IMG/VR virus record: IMGVR_UViG_3300003154_000003
Span: 1-52,295 of that record
Source of the DNA: a virus
DNA: 52,295 bases
Reading direction: 5' to 3' (one strand)
Of this stretch, positions 33,373-42,948 are shown in pieces; the stretch's first letter is position 1, and every line of letters begins with the position of its first letter. Below the pieces are notes generated by a model. That model was given only the letters and a program-made list of their open reading frames with translations, did not search any database and was not told the origin of the DNA. Made by a program: the position numbers and the translations under genes.

Positions 33373-35043
33373 TTAAAATTCCCCCATTACCCACGTTGGA
33401 GCGCTGCTGTAAGTAATGTTTATGACACTTCCCGGGGCAAGGGTAAACCGGCCAGATGTTAGCCCGGTTGTTAACAGCGTGCCGCCAGACTTCGAAACTT
33501 TTATAGCGGAAACCGTGCCGCCGTATATGAACACATCTAAATTTACATGGAAAGTGTTTGTCCAACTTGTGCCGCTGCTTGGCACGGCTGGCGCTGTCAC
33601 GTTTCCAACCGGGTTATATCCATAACAATTAGATATTTCGCTATTGGTTCCCACCAACAAAGCCGCGGCGGTCACATATGATTTTATAAGGCACCCATCA
33701 AATTTATTATAATCCGACGTACCACTTTCTAAAATACCGTAACTGTGCCCCGTTATCATTCTAACCGCGCTTGCTGTGTTCTCGTTTGCATTAACGCAAT
33801 CAATCCCCGCGCCGGTGTTGTTATAACATTCCCCATCTACAAACCCGTTTCGATTTGCGGAAGTTAAAACTATTGCATCCCCGGCAATATCTCTTATCAT
33901 AAAGGTGCTGAAACTATTTCCATGACACCCGCTATCTATCTTTATGCCCTGTGGGGTTGTTGTTATCGGTCCACCGTATATAAACAAATTGTTAAAGTTG
34001 TTTCGGCTGCTGGTTGTCTGCATTAATATTGCTGGTCCTTTCGTATAACGTAAATCAAGATTTGAAAATACATTTTCTGCACATGTTGTTAAGCTTATTC
34101 CCGGGCTGGTTGCTGTTCCGTTGCTCGGGTCCTGCGTGGTTATTATATTGCATCCAACATTAAACCGGCTGTTGTATCCTAAAATGCATTCATTCCATAC
34201 GTTCGAACCCATTATATTACTTATCCGATTTCCGCCTATGTAATAAAGATTTAAAACCGGCCCGTGAATATCAACGGCTGTGATGTTACTTATTATATTA
34301 TTTGAGGTAGTAACCGAGGACCCGGCCCGGACCCGGACACCTGCCGTATTAAAGCCATAACTTGCGCTAAACTGGCTGTACAAATATACCTTATTAATAT
34401 GTAAATTTGTTAATGATGTTGAGCTTATAGTATCTATACCGGTGTCGATTCCGTAACGACATACTATATTATTCATATATAAGTCTGCGCCGTTAATTTG
34501 AATACCGGTATATAGCCATTCAGTAGTAACATTTTCCACTACACCCCCCGCACCCGTTTTAATACCTATTATTGTATTGGTTGCGGCATGTGATGCAAGG
34601 GTTAATGTTACATTGCGCACCGTAAAATATGACGCGGCCGATGCATCTATGCCTATTGTACATGCGTCTATAGTCATCACGGCCCCGTGAAAATCTATAT
34701 CCCCATAACTAACGGCCGTTAAATTTGAACCTAATGCAGCATTGCCGCCTATGTAATGTATGGTTGTATATGGGTGTGCGGCTAATGCCGTTTCTAATGC
34801 GGTTGCTACATCTGCATAGTCATCCACATCATACGTACATAAATTATCGTCGCCCACCGTAATTATTCCATATGTAGCAAAAAGCTGTTCGGGCGTTTTG
34901 CTCCGCCATTTATCAACGTCCGAGCCGCCGCCGCTTCCAGAATGTGCGGCATATATCCCCGCTTCCATCCGGTTAAGTTGTGCGGCGGTTATAGGTGTTG
35001 CCGTGCTCGGGTAATCTTCCCATGTTTCCGGTACAAATACCAT
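33373..35043 (-). CDS. tail fibre / depolymerase with a right-handed beta-helix, 556 aa
   Basis: The N-terminal WEDYPSTATPITAAQLNRMEAGI is a motif common at phage fibre N-termini. Repeated N-[IV]-x-x-x-N-[IV] beta-helix rungs follow (NNIISNITAV, NRISNIMGSN, NNFNNLFIYGG). No signal peptide. Confidence 0.6.
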   Translation of the reverse strand: MVFVPETWEDYPSTATPITAAQLNRMEAGIYAAHSGSGGGSDVDKWRSKTPEQLFATYGIITVGDDNLCTYDVDDYADVATALETALAAHPYTTIHYIGGNAALGSNLTAVSYGDIDFHGAVMTIDACTIGIDASAASYFTVRNVTLTLASHAATNTIIGIKTGAGGVVENVTTEWLYTGIQINGADLYMNNIVCRYGIDTGIDTISSTSLTNLHINKVYLYSQFSASYGFNTAGVRVRAGSSVTTSNNIISNITAVDIHGPVLNLYYIGGNRISNIMGSNVWNECILGYNSRFNVGCNIITTQDPSNGTATSPGISLTTCAENVFSNLDLRYTKGPAILMQTTSSRNNFNNLFIYGGPITTTPQGIKIDSGCHGNSFSTFMIRDIAGDAIVLTSANRNGFVDGECYNNTGAGIDCVNANENTASAVRMITGHSYGILESGTSDYNKFDGCLIKSYVTAAALLVGTNSEISNCYGYNPVGNVTAPAVPSSGTSWTNTFHVNLDVFIYGGTVSAIKVSKSGGTLLTTGLTSGRFTLAPGSVINITYSSAPTWVMGEF

Positions 35044-35061
35044 TTTATTTATCCCCCTGTC

Positions 35062-38000
35062 TTAAGATACATCTGCGTACAATGAAAACCTTTCAGATTC
35101 CGCGCCGTACAAACCACACCACGCCCACAGCGTCACGTTTTCGCCGGGTGCCAGTGCAGTATTAACCGCCTGTGGAGTAGAACTTAGTTTAATGCTATCT
35201 GCCCCCTTTATCGGGTCATTGTCTACCCATATATCTATCGTGGCGGGTGTGTCCCGGTCAAGATATAAATACGGTGTTCCGCTACTTCCCCCGGTGTTGG
35301 TTATTTTCAATGTCGGCTGTGTGCTGTTTTGTGCATAGTTCGGCACCAAGTTAGCCCACCAAAACGCATCAAAGTATAAATAATCCAATGCGTCCCCTGT
35401 ATACCACATTTCGCCGTCCCAATATTGGAACCCATCAATAGGTGGTATTGTGAACCCGAAATTATAATACTTCGATTCTCCGGCGGACTGTGGGCCGGTT
35501 GTAATGGTTATTACTCCATCGTTCTTAACATATTCTGCATTGGTGTTATTTGTACTGAATGAGTTTACAGCGACGCCGTTAAACCGTCTGTCGGCAAGGG
35601 TATATATAATAGTTCCGTTCGTGCTGTCTAATAGCACATCTTGAACCATTGAAACATTTAATTGCCCGCTTGCCCTTGTTTCCTCGGTGGTTAAATCGGT
35701 GTCGTTGAACGTCATCAAAGCGGATACGTCGAACGTAGATAAATTATATGCCGAAAATACCAATTGTGTAAGGTTTCCCATACCATGTGGTAAGCTTACC
35801 GGGTTGTCTGCTACGCTGTCCCACTGATTAGACCACGCACCCAAACCATAGAACCTTATATATTTGTTCACAGTGTCGGTTATGGTAACATTACCACTTA
35901 CCAGATAAGCACCTGTATAAGTTTGTGACAATGTAAAGGGCGTTGTATAATTCATATCGTTAGCGGTTTCGGTATAATATCCACTGTATCCGGTTTTTGG
36001 TACTTCGTAATAATCCGGTTCGCCGTCTTCCCCGTCTTCCAGTACTTCAACCGACCATTCATAACTATCTGATTCCGCGCCTTCAATGACATATAGCATT
36101 ATGGTATAGTACCCGGATGGCATACCTGTACCCCATGTGTATGAGTCACTGGTTGCACCTATTGCCGTATTTCCTGCAATGCCGTTATAATACCAATAGT
36201 AATTAGCTGCTTTATTGGTGCTCGCGCTGAATGTTCTTGTACTATTGTGCGGCAAGGTTGTACTAGCTGCCGGGCTGGTTTCGATAATGTTCAATGTTTC
36301 CGGTTCATATATGGTAATTTCCCACTCCACAAAATCGTCGTCGGTTTCCGCTCTAACCGTATATGTGCCGTTTGTTGTTGAAACGAAATCATATCCGGCT
36401 GCGTATCCCGGGGCGGCTGTTGTGTCGGTTTCCCTTAAGTTTCCGTCAACCTTCCACACAACGGATGTATTCGTATTTGTGGTAACATTAAAAGCTTTTA
36501 TGGTGTTCTTCGGCCAGCTAAATGATGCTGTACCGGGTGCATAGCTTTCTATTGTCTTCGGATTTGGTGCGGTTGCATATATGCTCAATTTCGGGGCTCT
36601 TGATGCATTACCGTTTTCTGAACTGTAGAAAGCTATATAATTATCGTGCTCGTTTCCAGCTTTCAGGAAAAATCCCTTGTTATACTGCGGATACGTTGCA
36701 AAAGATTGTACCAAGTCGGTTACATCTATCGATATATACCCATTTATGGGTATGTCTTCCGCGTTTATGGTATAATTACCGAATGGATACCCCGGCGGTT
36801 CGCTGGTTGGATTTACATAATTTAAGGTGTTTTGATAATCTCCGCCCGGATACGTCCACGCTGCCCCGGTTAATCTACTGTTCCAAGTTACCTGTGATTG
36901 TGTCCACGATTCGGCAGGAACAACTTTATATACTTTTATATCAGTGTCGTTGTTCCTTGTAACCCCGGCCGGATAATACCACCACAAATCAAGGGTAGCA
37001 TATCCAATATCCTCCGGGTCATAGCTGGTTAAATTGAAATACAGCAAATCCCTATAAACTGCACCGGTTGACGCAATTTGTCCCAAGTCTAAATAAGTGC
37101 CCGTTCCGAAATTACTATCGGGTGTAGTTGATTTTATACGTGAATCGGCAACTGTAACCGGTGCTTCCGGCGGGGTTTCGTTGCCAACCGTTACGGATGC
37201 ATAATAATATGTTGAACCTTCTGCATTGGTCAGTGTTAATGTGTAGGTTGTGCTTGCGGTTGGATATACCGCAACGGCTCCGCCGGATACCGGGGTAACG
37301 GCACCCACGCCGGAAATTGAAGCGCTTACCGCGTTGGTACTCGTCCAAATTAAATTAGACGATTCCCCGGCGGTTATACTGGTCGGGTTTGCCGTAAACG
37401 TTCCATACGGATACACGGCCCCACTGGCAGACTTTGACGCTTCGGCGGTGTTACCATACCGGCCGATATTTGCACGCGCACCGTTTGGCTGTGGCTCGAG
37501 ACTATAGGGCATTGTAGCCTTGCCGGTATCTATGCATATACTGTTAACCGTGTCGGCTGTCCATGTGCTCCCTGTCCACCGGCCCGCCGTGCTCTTAAGA
37601 TGATAATCCCGGGACCCATAGGCGCCCGTCATAAGATAAACCGCGGGGTCGCCGTGAATGTTATTAGTCATTGTAAACCCGCCGGACCCGCTGGCGCTGT
37701 ACGTATCCCCTACGTTATTATAGAAACAATTATTCTCTACAACAAAATGATTTCTTGGGAATATGTTAGCAATACCATACCCGGAATTAGTATAACCGGT
37801 TGGAGTTAGGGCGGTATTCATTATAATATTATTTCTAACGTAAGTTGTGTAACTGACCCCGCTTGCCGGTCGGATGTCTCTTTCTTCCCACGCTATAGCC
37901 TGTTGCCCGCAGTCATCGAAAACATTGTGCTCGATACGTGTATTTTGGAAATTCATTATTGAGATACCACTATTTGAATAACCATTATCTGAGTAGTGAC

Positions 38001-38985
38001 CCGTATAAGTAAAGGTGTTGTGGTGTATATAAACACCTTCGCCGTGTACGGTTGTGTCCGATGTGCCCCCGCTCGCGTGTGATAACCAAATACCGGAAGC
38101 GTAACCGTTATAAAATTTATTATTATTGACTTCAATGTCATTAAAATACGGACTTGTTGCGCTGCTTCCTATCTGCACGAGCGGGCCGCTATACGCCCCG
38201 CCGATACTGCTATAAAAAACATTGTTTCTTACATCGGCGTGCTGTATACCATCTGACAGCCTAACACATGAATTTGTACGGCTCTTAAGCACGTTATTTT
38301 CAACAAGTACATATTCGGCCGTCAGGAAATAAAAACATTCGTGCCCCAATTCCCACGCTGTATTATTTGTAATAGTGATATGGTCCGATGTTCTTATATT
38401 CATTCCGTCAATGTCACCGTACTGCATGTGTGTATTATCTATAGTCAGATATGACACATCATTAAACTGTACTAAAATATTCCCGCTGTCGCCTAAAGAG
38501 GTGTCTTGTGGGTGTCCACCGTCTAGGGTTATGTTCCTAATTGCTATATGGTTAGCACCGTTAACAGCATCAATCAAATTTAACCCGGTCGTGGACCGTG
38601 CGGCACTTGTAAATGTTATTACGGCGTCCTCGTCGCCGCTTAGAGTTATACCAGTGTTTGGCCCCACTATTTCAGATGGAACATAATAAGTATGCGGTCC
38701 TTTAAGATATACCGTAGTATACCCGCTCGCTTTGTTGTTATAAGCATAAGCAAGGGCATTAGTAATCATTGTGTGGTCCGTGCTGCTTGATAGCGTGCCC
38801 GTACATGTGTAAGTTGTGCCCCCGGCCGTATCTCCGGCATTGCCTGTATAACCAACGTACAAAACGGGCGGGGCTGCGGCGCCTGACCCGGCGGGGTGTA
38901 ATACTAATACGCTTATCGCAAGCAGTAGCAAAACACCATAAAATAGTTTACTAAAAGTATCAATCGGACCGGTCTTAAAATTCAT
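35062..38985 (-). CDS. secreted multidomain beta-helix glycanase-like protein (disaggregatase-like) with a DNRLRE-type segment and Ig-like repeats, 1307 aa
   Basis: The N-terminal signal or anchor reads FYGVLLLLAISVLVLHPAGSGAAA. PbH1-type rungs are present (ITITNNTAWE, VLVENNVLKS, VRNNVFYSS, IHHNTFTY, IEHNVFDD, VVENNCFYNN). The segment ADSRIKSTTPDSNFGTGTYLDLG...LLYFNL...VTWNSR resembles the DNRLRE domain. Two repeats of about 65 aa belong to the same type as those in 21361-23598. Confidence 0.6.
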   Translation of the reverse strand: MNFKTGPIDTFSKLFYGVLLLLAISVLVLHPAGSGAAAPPVLYVGYTGNAGDTAGGTTYTCTGTLSSSTDHTMITNALAYAYNNKASGYTTVYLKGPHTYYVPSEIVGPNTGITLSGDEDAVITFTSAARSTTGLNLIDAVNGANHIAIRNITLDGGHPQDTSLGDSGNILVQFNDVSYLTIDNTHMQYGDIDGMNIRTSDHITITNNTAWELGHECFYFLTAEYVLVENNVLKSRTNSCVRLSDGIQHADVRNNVFYSSIGGAYSGPLVQIGSSATSPYFNDIEVNNNKFYNGYASGIWLSHASGGTSDTTVHGEGVYIHHNTFTYTGHYSDNGYSNSGISIMNFQNTRIEHNVFDDCGQQAIAWEERDIRPASGVSYTTYVRNNIIMNTALTPTGYTNSGYGIANIFPRNHFVVENNCFYNNVGDTYSASGSGGFTMTNNIHGDPAVYLMTGAYGSRDYHLKSTAGRWTGSTWTADTVNSICIDTGKATMPYSLEPQPNGARANIGRYGNTAEASKSASGAVYPYGTFTANPTSITAGESSNLIWTSTNAVSASISGVGAVTPVSGGAVAVYPTASTTYTLTLTNAEGSTYYYASVTVGNETPPEAPVTVADSRIKSTTPDSNFGTGTYLDLGQIASTGAVYRDLLYFNLTSYDPEDIGYATLDLWWYYPAGVTRNNDTDIKVYKVVPAESWTQSQVTWNSRLTGAAWTYPGGDYQNTLNYVNPTSEPPGYPFGNYTINAEDIPINGYISIDVTDLVQSFATYPQYNKGFFLKAGNEHDNYIAFYSSENGNASRAPKLSIYATAPNPKTIESYAPGTASFSWPKNTIKAFNVTTNTNTSVVWKVDGNLRETDTTAAPGYAAGYDFVSTTNGTYTVRAETDDDFVEWEITIYEPETLNIIETSPAASTTLPHNSTRTFSASTNKAANYYWYYNGIAGNTAIGATSDSYTWGTGMPSGYYTIMLYVIEGAESDSYEWSVEVLEDGEDGEPDYYEVPKTGYSGYYTETANDMNYTTPFTLSQTYTGAYLVSGNVTITDTVNKYIRFYGLGAWSNQWDSVADNPVSLPHGMGNLTQLVFSAYNLSTFDVSALMTFNDTDLTTEETRASGQLNVSMVQDVLLDSTNGTIIYTLADRRFNGVAVNSFSTNNTNAEYVKNDGVITITTGPQSAGESKYYNFGFTIPPIDGFQYWDGEMWYTGDALDYLYFDAFWWANLVPNYAQNSTQPTLKITNTGGSSGTPYLYLDRDTPATIDIWVDNDPIKGADSIKLSSTPQAVNTALAPGENVTLWAWCGLYGAESERFSLYADVS

Positions 38986-39043
38986 GGTATCACTCTATAA
39001 AAATAATAGTGATACATCTATAAATAATTTTCTACGCAGTATC

Positions 39044-39244
39044 TTAAATAGATAAAGGGCATTTGTGCCAAACGTTGCCCGTTAGCACAACATAACCCGG
39101 GATAGTTTCGGGGTGCATGTCTTCGCGGTCCGGGTGTTTACAATAAAAAGTATCCTGCACCCGACACGATTTATTTTTATATCGCTCAAACGTGGCACAT
39201 TGTCCCAAATGTATACACTTATTACATGCTTCTCCGTCGGTCAT
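39044..39244 (-). CDS. small Cys-rich protein, 66 aa
   Basis: Track ORF containing CNKCIHLGQC...SCRVQDTFYC...HKC. Confidence 0.5.
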   Translation of the reverse strand: MTDGEACNKCIHLGQCATFERYKNKSCRVQDTFYCKHPDREDMHPETIPGYVVLTGNVWHKCPLSI

Positions 39245-39253
39245 AATATCCCC

Positions 39254-39445
39254 TCAATCTTTGTAAAATTCTTCTACTTCGTGAACTTTCACGATTTTTG
39301 ATTCGAGTATGCGGTCTAATGCTTCGTGGGCTGCATCAATTTCTTTATGATGTTCCATAGTCCATACCGCCCTTAGCACTTCCCGCACAATTTTAACGTT
39401 TTCTTCCAACGTTGTCATAGTACTTTGCACGCTCCGTCTTTGCAA
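39254..39445 (-). CDS. hypothetical protein, 63 aa
   Basis: Track ORF on the coding strand. Confidence 0.4.
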   Translation of the reverse strand: MQRRSVQSTMTTLEENVKIVREVLRAVWTMEHHKEIDAAHEALDRILESKIVKVHEVEEFYKD

Positions 39446-39912
39446 TCTTCTTTATTGTCGTCTGCCGTCCCGGTTGCCCGCGTTAACCGTTCCTTCCTTA
39501 TAACGGCTAGTTCTTTTTCGACGTTCAATAAACGCCTCCATAGTTCATCACGTTCCCGGTTATCCGCTAACATCCTTTGATAGCAATCAACGTGATAATG
39601 TTCTGTACCCAATAGTATATAGTTCTTTCCCTCTACCTTCTTACCACATGCCGTATAAGGGCATATATACACGTTCGCGGCTTCATTCTCCGGTTTGTAT
39701 ACCAACATAGCGACAGCATCATTAAATTCCGTGGCAAACTGATTAACCCGGCTAATAAAGTCCTGCGTTTGTTCGGTTCTCGGGTCATCTGCGAGCAACA
39801 AATCTAAAGAAGTTTTTCTAAGTTCCTTAAGAATTTTATGTGCATCGTTAAGCACTCTATCATATTTTTGTAGATTCATTCTATAGCACCTGATTATGTT
39901 TACTGATATCAT
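39415..39912 (-). CDS. Zn-ribbon plus coiled-coil protein, 165 aa
   Basis: Track ORF containing CPYTACGKKVEG...HYHVDCY. The listed ATG at 39912 is the conserved ATG of element A4. An alternative start is 39879 (MNLQKYD). Confidence 0.55.
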   Translation of the reverse strand: MISVNIIRCYRMNLQKYDRVLNDAHKILKELRKTSLDLLLADDPRTEQTQDFISRVNQFATEFNDAVAMLVYKPENEAANVYICPYTACGKKVEGKNYILLGTEHYHVDCYQRMLADNRERDELWRRLLNVEKELAVIRKERLTRATGTADDNKEDCKDGACKVL

Positions 39913-39979
39913 TTCAATTTAAAGCCACTTTTTAAGCCCGTGGCGAGGTCAGTATATAAAGGGTGGTATATTCATATTA
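39908..39979 (-). promoter_or_regulatory. Conserved promoter/leader element A, copy 4
   Basis: Near-identical to A1 and A2. The minus strand has TTTATATA at 39960-39953 and a T5 run upstream. It also shares an upstream ATTGACGGAAA box with A1 (40010-40020 versus 2744-2754). Confidence 0.6.
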
Positions 39980-40031
39980 ACCACCCCGAAAAAGTGGGAA
40001 ATCGCCGCCTTTCCGTCAATATATGAATGCA

Positions 40032-40310
40032 TCACATATATGCAATGTAACTAAACAAGGCAATGATTACAACTGACAAAACGGCAATAACAATAGTCAT
40101 AATACTTATTAGCTTATTGACTTCATAACAGCGCACACGAAAGCCCAAATCTTCGCCGCCACAATGCACCCGGCGTATATCCCAATCGGTCGTAAGGTGT
40201 TTACATATCGGGCACACCGGGTATTTTATACCCATTGGTCTATAATTACATGCTGCGGGCTCGTCATGCCACGTTTTAATTCTAACGTCTGTACTCGGGT
40301 CTAAATCCAT
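40032..40310 (-). CDS. Zn-ribbon protein with a C-terminal TM helix, 92 aa
   Basis: Track ORF 40032-40385, trimmed to the ATG at 40310 (MDLDPS), which is preceded by GGTGGGG. It contains CPICKH...HCGG and a tail IMTIVIAVLSVVIIALFSYIAY. Confidence 0.45.
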   Translation of the reverse strand: MDLDPSTDVRIKTWHDEPAACNYRPMGIKYPVCPICKHLTTDWDIRRVHCGGEDLGFRVRCYEVNKLISIMTIVIAVLSVVIIALFSYIAYM

Positions 40311-40443
40311 ATTATCCCCACCTTCATTACTGCTATTATTATTTTTCCGATTTCCGCCACGATTCCCCCGGTCAAGTAAGCACATACCGCAACCAGTATA
40401 AACAATATTATATTCCCGATTGCCTCATAATCTCTATCGTTCA

Positions 40444-40737
40444 TTAATCCACCCCGTCATATTTGAACTTCAATCTTTCCGGGTGCTCTGCTTTATGGCA
40501 AGCAATACAAAGCACCTCAATATTTGTACTTGTCCAATTCTTTATGTTTCGGTCTATGTGGTGTAGATGCATGTCACCTACTGCCCCGCACCGTTCACAC
40601 AAATCTAGCCGCCGCCCGCTTGCCTTCACCACGGCACGCGCACGGTAAAAACACGCTCTCCGGGTATTTGGTATATAATCGCTTATACATTCCCACACCC
40701 CGGGCGCAGTTTCAACAATGTCATTATTTCCACACAT
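40444..40737 (-). CDS. HNH endonuclease, 97 aa
   Basis: CERCGAVGDMHLHHIDRNIKNWTSTNIEVLCIACHKAEH is a classical HNH motif. I trimmed the ORF to the ATG at 40737, which is preceded by AGAGG. Confidence 0.75.
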   Translation of the reverse strand: MCGNNDIVETAPGVWECISDYIPNTRRACFYRARAVVKASGRRLDLCERCGAVGDMHLHHIDRNIKNWTSTNIEVLCIACHKAEHPERLKFKYDGVD

Positions 40738-40823
40738 AATAAAGCCTCTTGTTATGGTTAAGTTTATGTAATCCAAACTATATAAGCATTTCATTAGTTG
40801 AAAATGAATATAGTTACATGTGA

Positions 40824-41357
40824 CTAAAACCCGCGCATCTTGCACTCTTCATTTAATGAACGGGACCCGCGCCACTTGTTGAAATTTGCCCGGCGCTTCT
40901 TACTAAAATTTGTTACATATATAATACTCTGGCCTTCTATGAGCAATTGATGCACAGCAAGCCGTTTAATACGTTTATTCAACTTGCTCCGGGCCGTATG
41001 AAATTCGGCAATCATGCACGTATATAAAAAACAGTAGAGCACTTCAACCGTGTCCGGGTCATGGTATTTATAAGCCAAGTCCTTAATAAGTGTCAATACT
41101 TCCGGGTTAACGGTGTCCGTCGTGTTATCATATATTTTTACATAGTCGTTATATACCCGTTCCCGCCCGTGCTCTTCCGCCACCCCCTCGAGCACTTTGA
41201 AAATTTTATAATCTTTAGGACCATACCCGGATTTTATGGGTATGCACATACTGTTTTGCAAGGTGGCTTTTTGCGTTTTTAAGAAAATACACCATTCATC
41301 AAAGTCACCTTTATCAAAAAACATGTATCCGTGCCAGAATTTCGTTATTAGTTGCAT
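40824..41357 (-). CDS. hypothetical protein, 177 aa
   Basis: Track ORF on the coding strand. Confidence 0.5.
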   Translation of the reverse strand: MQLITKFWHGYMFFDKGDFDEWCIFLKTQKATLQNSMCIPIKSGYGPKDYKIFKVLEGVAEEHGRERVYNDYVKIYDNTTDTVNPEVLTLIKDLAYKYHDPDTVEVLYCFLYTCMIAEFHTARSKLNKRIKRLAVHQLLIEGQSIIYVTNFSKKRRANFNKWRGSRSLNEECKMRGF

Positions 41358-41435
41358 ATTATCCCCTGTTTACCATAATTAATTATTTATGGAGTTATAA
41401 AAAAGTGGTGGGTATAAAACAACTTCTGTAAAATA

Positions 41436-41660
41436 TTAATCTTCTAACATGCCTTGCTTCATTTCGTCGCCTTCCCTGCGGTCCATGTCATCCGTGAAAA
41501 AGTGTAATTGCTGATACATTTTGCTGATAACGGCCCATTCCCACCGGTTAAACTTACACGGTTCTTTCATAATTTTTTCTAATCCGTCCCTTAAGGCTTC
41601 GGCCTCTGGCCTGTCTAATCGTGTTAAAAAATAATGTAGTCCTAATTTTTCATCGTTCAC
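41436..41660 (-). CDS. hypothetical protein, 74 aa (GTG start)
   Basis: Track ORF 41436-41729, trimmed to the GTG at 41660, which is preceded by GGAGGCAAAAA. The longer version overlaps a 44-aa TM micro-ORF that I read on the same strand. Confidence 0.4.
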   Translation of the reverse strand: MNDEKLGLHYFLTRLDRPEAEALRDGLEKIMKEPCKFNRWEWAVISKMYQQLHFFTDDMDRREGDEMKQGMLED

Positions 41661-41791
41661 TTTTTGCCTCCATACCTTAAAGTGTATTGGTGGTTTAGCC
41701 AAAGTATAGCATAGACCCCGGCCGACCACCCCCCAACAGCAACCAACAAAGCCACTATTGCAATACCCACAGCCATTATACCGACTGCCAT

Positions 41792-41977
41792 TTATACACC
41801 ATCTCCATATATCTTACTGTTTATGATTAATCTGAGTTCTTCCATATCGCTATAATCGGGACTGTCCGGTTCGGAATCTACAAATTTTATCAAAAGTTCG
41901 GACAGCTTTAACATTTGTGACCGCGAAAGGCATGTCAGATTATATAATTCAACGGTGAATTTTTGGCATCCTGCCAT
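41792..41977 (-). CDS. hypothetical protein, 61 aa
   Basis: Track ORF; starts directly after the stop of the upstream gene. Confidence 0.4.
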   Translation of the reverse strand: MAGCQKFTVELYNLTCLSRSQMLKLSELLIKFVDSEPDSPDYSDMEELRLIINSKIYGDGV

Positions 41978-42703
41978 TTATTCACCCTCTATATAATCCT
42001 TTATGATGTTTGTAAGTTCCTGCAATGCTCGCAAGGCTAACCGGCTTTGTGCTTCAATATCATCTGCTGATTTAATCCCGAGTATATCATCAAGGTGCTG
42101 GAACACAACACAACGCTGTTTTCTTATTTTATCTTTATATTGTTCTTGCTCCCTTTCCGCGTTCTCCTTGATAAATTCTTTTAGCATGTTGCTGTATTTA
42201 TCGAGCTGTTCGATTTCTTCAACTGTTGCCCCCCCTGCAAAATCGCTGTAGTTCATTGCGCTATATAACAATTTCACGTCTTCCAGTGGCATATCAATTG
42301 TTAAGTTTTTGTTGCATTCGGATTTTTTCATATCGTGTTCGACCTTCTTTAATGTGTTGGATAAATAAAGGTATATCTGTCTCAATTCTTCGCGGCCCGG
42401 GGCAAGGATACCCGTCATTGTATATTCGTTGAAAAGATTGTAATACGTAACGGGCGTATATAAATAGTCGTTTAGGAAAGATTGAATCATATAAGCATGT
42501 TTAAGGCATACAAACGCCCCTTCCTGCCCGGGCGCACGTAAATTTAAGTGTGACAAAACCCCGCCTAGTTCCTGCACGCGAAATTGATAATATGATTCCG
42601 GCCTGTCCCCTTCCATTCTGAAAACGTTGTGTACATAATGGTTAAGCATGAATTTAATAGCTTCGGCTTGGTGTGGCTGCAATGCAATAACGGTTTCCAG
42701 CAT
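41978..42703 (-). CDS. hypothetical protein, 241 aa
   Basis: Track ORF and the largest early-region protein. No motif recognised. Confidence 0.55.
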   Translation of the reverse strand: MLETVIALQPHQAEAIKFMLNHYVHNVFRMEGDRPESYYQFRVQELGGVLSHLNLRAPGQEGAFVCLKHAYMIQSFLNDYLYTPVTYYNLFNEYTMTGILAPGREELRQIYLYLSNTLKKVEHDMKKSECNKNLTIDMPLEDVKLLYSAMNYSDFAGGATVEEIEQLDKYSNMLKEFIKENAEREQEQYKDKIRKQRCVVFQHLDDILGIKSADDIEAQSRLALRALQELTNIIKDYIEGE

Positions 42704-42948
42704 TATGATTGCCCCCGGATGATTTCGTTTAGTTCATAGCCGTATGTTTGTAAACTTTTTTCCAATGCATCATGTAACCGGGCTTTAAACGCTTTTTCGT
42801 ATGCGTCGGCATTCTCACTATGAATGTTTGGCGCCCGCTCTATTATCATCCTCAACAATTCCATTTCTCTTATTGACATACCCATATTAAAATCGCGGGG
42901 TTTCGTCAATTCCTTTTCTATCAATTCCCTTACATTGTCATTCATCAT
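42703..42948 (-). CDS. hypothetical protein, 81 aa
   Basis: Track ORF with coupled overlaps on both sides. Confidence 0.45.
   Translation of the reverse strand: MMNDNVRELIEKELTKPRDFNMGMSIREMELLRMIIERAPNIHSENADAYEKAFKARLHDALEKSLQTYGYELNEIIRGQS

Noticed and set aside
33251-33565. Minus-strand ORF of 104 aa overlapping the 3-prime end of the 556-aa fibre gene.
   Set aside because: It is in an alternative frame inside a well-supported gene and has an odd Arg/His/Cys-rich composition. It is most likely spurious.
2644-39979. The four 72-bp repeats considered as a CRISPR array or as MITE-like mobile elements.
   Set aside because: The copies are 8-17 kb apart, so they are not arrayed. I see no terminal inverted repeats or target-site duplications. 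They always have the same orientation and always sit immediately upstream of a gene start. A regulatory cassette fits better.
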